Below, one piece after another: positions 59,601 to 64,000 of a stretch of 64,000 nucleotides of DNA. Each line of letters starts with the position of its first letter. Within the stretch, counting starts at the first letter, position 1. The stretch is from positions 1 through 64,000 of the IMG/VR virus record IMGVR_UViG_3300042896_000714. One strand, given 5' to 3'. The notes under the pieces are model-generated. The model was not told where the DNA came from, searched no databases, and worked only from the letters and a program-made list of their open reading frames with translations. The position numbers were made by a program, and so were the translations under genes. The DNA is from a virus.

Positions 59601-61336
59601 TTGTCGTTAATACCAACAACTCCATCATAAGAAATTACCTTACCAGTTGCTCCAGACTGTAGTCCTTTAATAATACTACCTTCTCTAAGGTCTCTGTTTT
59701 TAATAATTTTACTTTGATCAACTCCTTGACCGTTAGAATATATATACAAAGATCTTGCAGATCCGGTATTATTTGATGTACTATTAACAAATGCAGCACT
59801 TACATTGTCCCCAAAAGTTATAGGTTGGCGATAAGGTCCAGGTTCCGCACGGGCATCGGACATTAATACTTCTGCACGTTGGCAAGCTGCATTTAGGGTT
59901 GAGTATGCATAAGCAAATGCTCTGCCTTCTTTTCCTGGAGGTGTATTCTTTTGAGTATCATCGCCGGATGTTGCAACAAATAGGTTTGTGCTGCTGGCAA
60001 AACTTGAGTTATCAACATAATATTTTGTTGCAGCTTGCAAGTCATCTGGACCATTTGGTGATCCACCGGATGCAAGCGATCCTGGATGATCATTAAGATA
60101 CAACGTGCCATCCATATGATCACCTTGTCTACGAACTACTGCAACTCTAGGCAGTGCTTCATTACTTAACCAATTTCCGTCTAACTTAGAATCATAATAT
60201 GCATCAACAAGAGCTTCAACACCACGATACTGTAAGACTAATGTAAAAGTTAAGTCATTAGTGCCATCAGCGCCACCTAAATAACTACCTAATACCTTAA
60301 GTTGAGCACCTGGTGTATATGTGTGCGATCCTGTAGTGGTTATTGTAACAACAGTATTGCTTGGCGCATATGTCCCAGAATCATCTAGCTTTTGTACTTT
60401 GGCCAAAGTTCCATAATCATCACCGGTAATTGTTACAACCGGTCTATTAGTGTACTCAAATACACTAGTGATACTAGATCCACCAATGGTATCAGAATTA
60501 ACAGTAGTAATTGAAGCGGCAACTTCTGGACTAATATTAACAATGAGTCGATCAGATTCGATACCAGCAAGCGCCTTACTTTGTGTTGCATAAATTGCCA
60601 AGGTATCTGGAGTTGCATAACGTAAAAAATATGTATTTCCGGAAATTAATTCAGTTGCAGGCGTATTTCCGTAATTTATATATACAAACGGGGAACCATT
60701 TATTCCAGCATTAAATCCATGATTAACTTTTACAGCGTATCCATCTTGCCAATGCGTAATTAAATTTGTGTATTCTTCAGCACTGCTTGGTTCTGGACGA
60801 ATACGCACTTGTGCACTATACCCTCCACCGCTTCCGCTCGATGCTTGAATGTATCGTTGATCCGCAAACCCTTTACTAATAACTAAGTCGTTATTAGTAA
60901 TTGCGGTACCGTATGTATTATTGAATGAATTAATTAATGAATCTACGCCCAATCCATTAGGGGTTGCCGTATTTGCAATAATAAACCCTTGCGCATTTAA
61001 ATGTCCACCTAGACTTGGTGTAGGATCTGCTGAGACTTGGCCACCAGTTGAGTTGATAGTAACTTGATTTTGATCATCTAATACAATTTGAATGCTATTA
61101 CCAGCAACTAGCGTTTTAGCTGTTAATGCAGTGCCATCAGTATTGGATATAATAATTTGGTTTGCTGCGTAGCTTGCTGGGGTGTCGTCTAAGTCGGTAA
61201 ATGCAATGGTATCACCTTGCCCGAATATTGCAAATAACTGTGTAAAATTTTCATTTACTTTTCGGAAACTTTCACGAATGCTATCCCCAGTTCCGTCGTT
61301 ACCTTGTATTCCGATATCAATTGTCTGTCTTGCCAT
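53657..61336 (-). CDS. Giant (2559-aa) tail fibre/baseplate appendage protein
   Basis: IDIGIQGNDGTGDSIRESFRKVNENF N-terminus, AATKYYVD motif, beta-helix-like segments, two CSRDVG modules. Confidence 0.75.
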   Translation of the reverse strand: MARQTIDIGIQGNDGTGDSIRESFRKVNENFTQLFAIFGQGDTIAFTDLDDTPASYAANQIIISNTDGTALTAKTLVAGNSIQIVLDDQNQVTINSTGGQVSADPTPSLGGHLNAQGFIIANTATPNGLGVDSLINSFNNTYGTAITNNDLVISKGFADQRYIQASSGSGGGYSAQVRIRPEPSSAEEYTNLITHWQDGYAVKVNHGFNAGINGSPFVYINYGNTPATELISGNTYFLRYATPDTLAIYATQSKALAGIESDRLIVNISPEVAASITTVNSDTIGGSSITSVFEYTNRPVVTITGDDYGTLAKVQKLDDSGTYAPSNTVVTITTTGSHTYTPGAQLKVLGSYLGGADGTNDLTFTLVLQYRGVEALVDAYYDSKLDGNWLSNEALPRVAVVRRQGDHMDGTLYLNDHPGSLASGGSPNGPDDLQAATKYYVDNSSFASSTNLFVATSGDDTQKNTPPGKEGRAFAYAYSTLNAACQRAEVLMSDARAEPGPYRQPITFGDNVSAAFVNSTSNNTGSARSLYIYSNGQGVDQSKIIKNRDLREGSIIKGLQSGATGKVISYDGVVGINDKFNIELMHLTTDVTTFETNFVSAAAKLVSNKAFIVSETIAYINAAYPFLNYNEQSCSRDVGLILDAILFDLKFGGNKQTVNVGKTYWRGVSSVLPIDQLTETLDGIAYISLLAEKVLDNITIPLASSTTSFGKRSSEVQDITGTRGESGSVALAQRLVTTILQIIDPSAPVLLEFLDGELLEFGQPVPEYQITIRVESGVYYEQFPIRVPVNVSIKGDEFRRVIIRPAPGISTSPWANLYFYRDDIFDELTRTYLSAADANSSFVISGIDGYENYWVITTASTVGIVQDMYLNVTSGTGLFAPATKVARIINPTSFAIDKAPLVALVNATVRGLDRSGIAPTGINFGYHYLSDPASESGIFDKTIAKPGGFVAAAALLTNNKAAIQSDVIAHINTTYPNLAYNQDTCSRDVGIIVDELANDLIDGGTTRSITVGNSYRRNASARIAVTTQLKETLAGIAYISIIANQILVAYNTERNIVSDLINGIQNIIIGANNPAKDNKDMDVFLMNDSTILRNITVQGQGGFMCVLDPEGQIQTKSPYVQTATSLSGSINKKAFRGGLYIDGFSGNLPASIATKISDTELIFNNLTVRKPGVPNSFYIDGIRYQINNVANYSINTGTATIILDSSTPFTDKNSRSINPTASGLASNGNITIGQFNIAMLSTAGLVSGMKLVRTSGSGALGIGAIITQVSPTGIIVNVAHIATGNIIFAVSGIDTIIETPGNRSMLANDYTQVNDLGYGAVAINNGITELVSVFTYYCWTSYYALTGGQIRSAQGNSSYGEYGMRANGRDPNEVADPVSLADDIQQVSRIFKRETFTGKNIEADSSVYIANYSYIPYNVSEIEIDHTNTKSSLVPNTQSNASNVTVFNPGTGYAVNEFIDIVGGTIYPSSLATRLRVKTVSGGGTTGPIATFEVTEVGTYSVAPSTGSSNELTTVTAPGFGGAGFGASFIGVYRGTVTRYEVSNVERTTTTVDGSVSGQSVLKLNINAGASGAGLAAPLVDNQLVIIRSLQNFKFNGVQEIKPVRPSTAVEFTAPGEVGQIYRTLSYNLRSPVGESLQTIQEIVAASRQAGVSTISTTTAHTISAGDLVSIVCTTNATFNVTYATVLDVSENSFSYNNIGTAVTAGTAASGFATYGDVAVITFDSSYNYAIIETNELQISNTDYVVGGLKTMGSQLGDTRIAVTEIQSDLTKARLRSGNLLLAHAGKIHRVTDYVVPINTNSAYVVLDSIDYAGSLVNTPASGIAEAFPTVEKITLRAGIMKDSTAEITVNISTCRATGHDFLDVGTGGFSTTNYPNNLLGIPAQPANPSNEVREETQGRVFYMSTDQDGIFRVGRFFTVDQGTGTVTFSASIALSNLDGIGFKRGTVAKEFSTDSSMTDNADDTVPVESAIRGYIDKRLGLTHNGLPVPAAQRIPVSGGFVAANGAIAMTGNLDMGGGEGSHRIINVTPNTSSDTDVSNIGYVNYATKIHDSFNKLKGVIISNPAAGKISTFIGVNNIATSSTVGGDLAAVLTSANLGTLATAITGTSQLDVSAGIIVSESISAWPTSGYLQIGNEVFKYTSTTLAAKRFDNVTRAIISSNPSVDTDPALALTVDLTTATTHVIGAVVSSLNNALLNLQINSDTIINSDVKSDAAIAQSKLEMAIASTRANATGILQADRGLVSFDSAKFTLTNGWATFKSSSIALSDLANIADYKVIGNISGAAATPTELSVSSLAAASAIVLADADKNLGDAAHAFNKIYSTSLIGNLTGNIISSNTSNTVVDTSATTAVFTGDLDGNAKTVTNGFYTGSSFYLGKTLITVNRASEPLALTGISIDGSAGSVSGLNIIGTVLNSAITTASLTTVGTLSKLNVSGFIQHGVNAAIVAIGNSQSTAVELLKNINIVITSTVGSGVRFPDMRSSLLIGEVVGPVQDTSTLGVRIIVRNSSANTINIYPATGVTINDLALNEAFPMDTGIALEFFCASATQWYTLNATYA

Positions 61337-61356
61337 AATTACTCCATGTTCTTTAT

Positions 61357-61393
61357 GTATTTACCTAAAGGTTCTATAAACTTAATGTAAATA
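61357..61393. promoter_or_regulatory. Divergent TAAATA late-promoter-like motifs
   Basis: GTAAATAC on both strands between divergent genes; TAAATA also precedes genes at ~13770, 32320, 34965, 37087, 43340, 43392, 52752 and 53623. Confidence 0.55.
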
Positions 61394-61397
61394 CTCG

Positions 61398-61685
61398 ATG
61401 TACATTGCAGAAGAAACTAACAATACAATTTATGTTAGGACTAGTAAATTGGGAAATGAACACCCATTCACACGCATTAAACGTGTTATTGTTTTTAGAT
61501 GCGACAACTGCAGTGAGATATTTCGAAGAGATAGAAGTAATATGAGCCCAAAAAGGCTAAGTAATAATTACTTTCATTGTTGTGGAAACTGTGATGCAAA
61601 ACGGTTTGCTCAACATAAAGGTGTTGATCGTAGGACGATATGGGATCGCCCAGCTAGCAGCTTAGACGATATAAGTAAGCTATAG
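61398..61685 (+). CDS. Small Cys-rich (zinc-binding) protein
   Basis: CDNC...HCCGNC. Confidence 0.7.
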   Translation: MYIAEETNNTIYVRTSKLGNEHPFTRIKRVIVFRCDNCSEIFRRDRSNMSPKRLSNNYFHCCGNCDAKRFAQHKGVDRRTIWDRPASSLDDISKL

Positions 61686-61695
61686 GAGAAATAAT

Positions 61696-61908
61696 ATGTT
61701 TAAATTTTTAAAATCGTTACTCGGATTTAACAAAGAAGATTTGAAGGATGCCGGGGTTCAACTTGAGCAAGCGCCATACAAAGTAGAACCAGCAAGTGTA
61801 CCATTAACTGCAAATGAAGGAAAGCAAGTACCGATAAACCCAACAGTACTTGCTAAAACTGTGATGCGCAAGCCAAGAAAGCCACGTACTCCTAAAGCAG
61901 TAGACTAA
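61696..61908 (+). CDS. Hypothetical small protein
   Basis: AGGAG SD; MFKFLKSLLG amphipathic start and a basic tail. Confidence 0.65.
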   Translation: MFKFLKSLLGFNKEDLKDAGVQLEQAPYKVEPASVPLTANEGKQVPINPTVLAKTVMRKPRKPRTPKAVD

Positions 61909-62261
61909 GCTACTTTGCCCCAACCGCCTTTGGCGCGGATTGCGAACGCTAACTCACGCATACGTCCATACTCAGGACTACCTTTATGATGCGGGCCAGT
62001 TTGCTTGAGAGAGTTGTATCGATGAAGTAATTCTGCTTTGGATTTGCCTTCATACTTGCCCTTTTCACCAGGGCTAACAACTGTCGGTTCACCCCATTTT
62101 TCATCTACTTTACCGCCAATAACAGAACGACGATGTTTTAAATATCTATCACTACGGTCAACATCACCGTCGTTATCAATGTCGTCGTCTTCTCGACCAA
62201 CTGGATCTAGAGACTCACTAATAATATCAATGTATTTTCGTAGTATATCAGACATAAGCAT
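61905..62261 (-). CDS. Small modular putative internal head protein
   Basis: LRKYIDIISE leader; DIDNDGDVDRSD EF-hand-like module; second module after VDE. Confidence 0.6.
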   Translation of the reverse strand: MLMSDILRKYIDIISESLDPVGREDDDIDNDGDVDRSDRYLKHRRSVIGGKVDEKWGEPTVVSPGEKGKYEGKSKAELLHRYNSLKQTGPHHKGSPEYGRMRELAFAIRAKGGWGKVA

Positions 62262-62297
62262 AGAGTTCCTTTAAAATTACTTATAAAGGATCTCTAT
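62260..62297 (-). promoter_or_regulatory. RBS-sequestering hairpin with a late-promoter-like motif at the loop
   Basis: ATAGAGATCCTTTA-taagtaattt-TAAAGGAACTCTAT(G); the SD and start lie in the 3' arm. Confidence 0.6.
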
Positions 62298-62333
62298 TGC
62301 GTTTCATATACTAACGTAGTGCATAGGCGTTAG

Positions 62334-62855
62334 TTACATCTCCAACCCAAGTAGATCAAGCCCTGCGCTATGCAGCAGTCTGGTCGTTTCAATCGCATCT
62401 GCAGTGCTCATCGATGCAAATGCTTTTGAGTGCATTTCTTCATCGGGTAGGATCTTGGCAAACACATTTCTGATATCTTCATCAATATCAATATCAGAAG
62501 CTAGTGCTTTAATCCGAACAAGCCGCATCGCTTCTGCATGATGACCAGCACCAGCAATTTCACTAAAGGTGTGCAAGTTCTGGAGGATAGGTTCCCAGTA
62601 GCGCATGCCCTCGTAAGTTGCAACTGGCAATTTGATACCACGTGCAGTCAACAGTTCAGCTACCCATTCACAGTGCTTCACTTCATCATGTGCGATACGT
62701 TCAAGCAGGTGTTTGTTTCTATTATTAGTTACATCTGCTAGTGACTGAATTCGTTCAGCGGCTAATGCCTCACCAATATACTGGCGCTGCAACCAGTGGG
62801 TTAACTTATCAGGACTTGCTTTAACTTCTGATAGCCATTGTTGCGTAGTTTTCAT
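62334..62855 (-). CDS. Ferritin-like di-iron protein
   Basis: E..AA, DEVKH, E.MR, DEEMH four-helix metal-ligand pattern. Confidence 0.75.
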   Translation of the reverse strand: MKTTQQWLSEVKASPDKLTHWLQRQYIGEALAAERIQSLADVTNNRNKHLLERIAHDEVKHCEWVAELLTARGIKLPVATYEGMRYWEPILQNLHTFSEIAGAGHHAEAMRLVRIKALASDIDIDEDIRNVFAKILPDEEMHSKAFASMSTADAIETTRLLHSAGLDLLGLEM

Positions 62856-62902
62856 TTTGCTTCCTTGTAAATGTTTCATGAACTTCGTCGTTTGTAGTAA
62901 AT

Positions 62903-63490
62903 CTACAGTTGTCTTACCCCATTGACAAATGTAACGGTATCATGTTCATATGTAGAGCGTGATTTTGGAGTCTCCCACCAATCGACTTTAGATACAGCTA
63001 CATTTAGTTCTTTCATCTTAAAATCAGCAAAATCAGCTAACCATTTACTTAGATTTTCTGATGTGGGCACAAAATCTACAACCAGAACACCTTCATCTAA
63101 TTCGTATCGTGGGCTAGTAGGATCTAGCCCACTTAGGTCGATACAATATCCCACGACATAATTGTCTCTTCCTGGTAACGTAACAGGTATTAATTTTTTA
63201 TTCGCACCGATCAAATCGTCTAATGCCGGATCATTTTTGTCAACAATGAACCTATGATCAATATAAGTGTTTATAAACTTTTTTAACCATTCCAGATGTC
63301 TAAAATCAGTGATCATTCCAGTGTTGTCAAGTTTTTCACCCGTCATAAACACTTGCACTTTCCCTTCGTGTCCATGCCTGTGCCGGCATGCACATTTTAG
63401 ATTATCAGCATACTCACCATTCAGCGTTTGAGTCCATACTCTATGGCCGTAGCAAAATTCAAATGTTTTATCAATTACCCATTTACTCAT
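62903..63490 (-). CDS. queD: 6-carboxy-5,6,7,8-tetrahydropterin synthase
   Basis: FCYGHR, CRHRHGH (CxxxHGH), GMITDF, IDHRF, PTSENL, WWET. Confidence 0.88.
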   Translation of the reverse strand: MSKWVIDKTFEFCYGHRVWTQTLNGEYADNLKCACRHRHGHEGKVQVFMTGEKLDNTGMITDFRHLEWLKKFINTYIDHRFIVDKNDPALDDLIGANKKLIPVTLPGRDNYVVGYCIDLSGLDPTSPRYELDEGVLVVDFVPTSENLSKWLADFADFKMKELNVAVSKVDWWETPKSRSTYEHDTVTFVNGVRQL

Positions 63491-63563
63491 ATTATTTCCT
63501 AGTTTATTTAATGTTTCTTTTACATATCGTCATACGATATATTCTACTGGTTGGTATGCCACG

Positions 63564-63965
63564 TTAATCTTTATATAAATGTGGTTTTTGTGAAATACGA
63601 AAGTCAATACGCTCTTGGACAATAGTGTCATCAGCAGGCGTAGAATTCCAACTATTGTAAAATTCGCTATCGAATCCAGAAAATGCTACGCCGCGCATGT
63701 GATCAAACTTGTAACCTCTACGGTCCATTTCAATGCACAATCTCATGAATCTAGTTTTAAGAAATAATTGCTTATCATAAAAAAACTTTACATGTCCTTC
63801 ATTTAGGGTAAACTTTTGCGGAATACTGTTAAGTACATCATCTTTGGATTTTGTGCGCAAGCTTCTGCGCAGTGCTGCGGGAACCATCGTAATTTCACGA
63901 TATTCAGCAATCAAATGTGCGCGTTTAAGAGTCTTTGGATCGATGTCAGAGTTTATGCGTGTCAT
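63564..63965 (-). CDS. denV: Pyrimidine dimer DNA glycosylase (endonuclease V)
   Basis: MTRIN N-terminus, HLIAEYREI, FTLNEGHVKFFYDK, EMDRRG. Confidence 0.93.
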   Translation of the reverse strand: MTRINSDIDPKTLKRAHLIAEYREITMVPAALRRSLRTKSKDDVLNSIPQKFTLNEGHVKFFYDKQLFLKTRFMRLCIEMDRRGYKFDHMRGVAFSGFDSEFYNSWNSTPADDTIVQERIDFRISQKPHLYKD

Positions 63966-64000
63966 AGATTTCCTGTATATTATTTATATTATACTACTCT

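Noticed and set aside
26093-60618. Long antisense ORFs in the track (e.g. 27164..27763, 38921..39565, 54636..55187)
   Set aside because: Shadow frames opposite well-supported genes, with no motifs or RBS
1-64000. Stop-codon reassignment
   Set aside because: Conserved genes are full length in the standard code, and TAA, TAG and TGA all end genes
1-64000. tRNA/rRNA genes
   Set aside because: Intergenic gaps are short and no cloverleaf or T-loop signature was seen by eye; a tRNAscan-SE run would be definitive

Overview
This is an AT-rich 64-kb segment of a large tailed dsDNA phage (a distant T4-like/jumbo myovirus). The host is probably a Gram-negative bacterium with sigma70-type promoters, judged from spanins, TTGACA-17-TATAAT promoters and Shine-Dalgarno sites. 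In order, it contains: (1) the end of a virion fibre-like gene and a cluster of GT-A glycosyltransferase-like genes; (2) thyA and DHFR; (3) a MoxR AAA/vWA-metallopeptidase pair and a 5'-3' exonuclease; (4) a 7-deazaguanine DNA-modification locus (queE, folE, DpdA-type transglycosylase, DpdL-like T-fold protein; queD lies at the far end) interleaved with a GT-B glycosyltransferase, gmd and a UDP-sugar dehydrogenase; (5) a clamp-like gene, a family-B DNA polymerase and an HNH endonuclease; (6) modular low-complexity proteins with prohead-protease-type (I/L/V)xE sites; (7) a GH19 lysin, ClpA, DnaJ, holin/spanins, PhoH, dCMP deaminase, clamp loader, MazG-like protein, GroES and a mini-DnaE fragment; (8) baseplate/fibre genes, a ferritin-like gene and denV. 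The most notable observations are a ~280-aa HNH homing-endonuclease module sitting in frame inside ThyA with no intein or intron signature, a queC-less deazaguanine pathway physically merged with sugar-nucleotide and glycosyltransferase genes (candidate glycosylated deazaguanine base), modular capsid-targeted polyproteins, and recurring promoter-within-hairpin elements. All calls are by motif recognition; no database searches were run.
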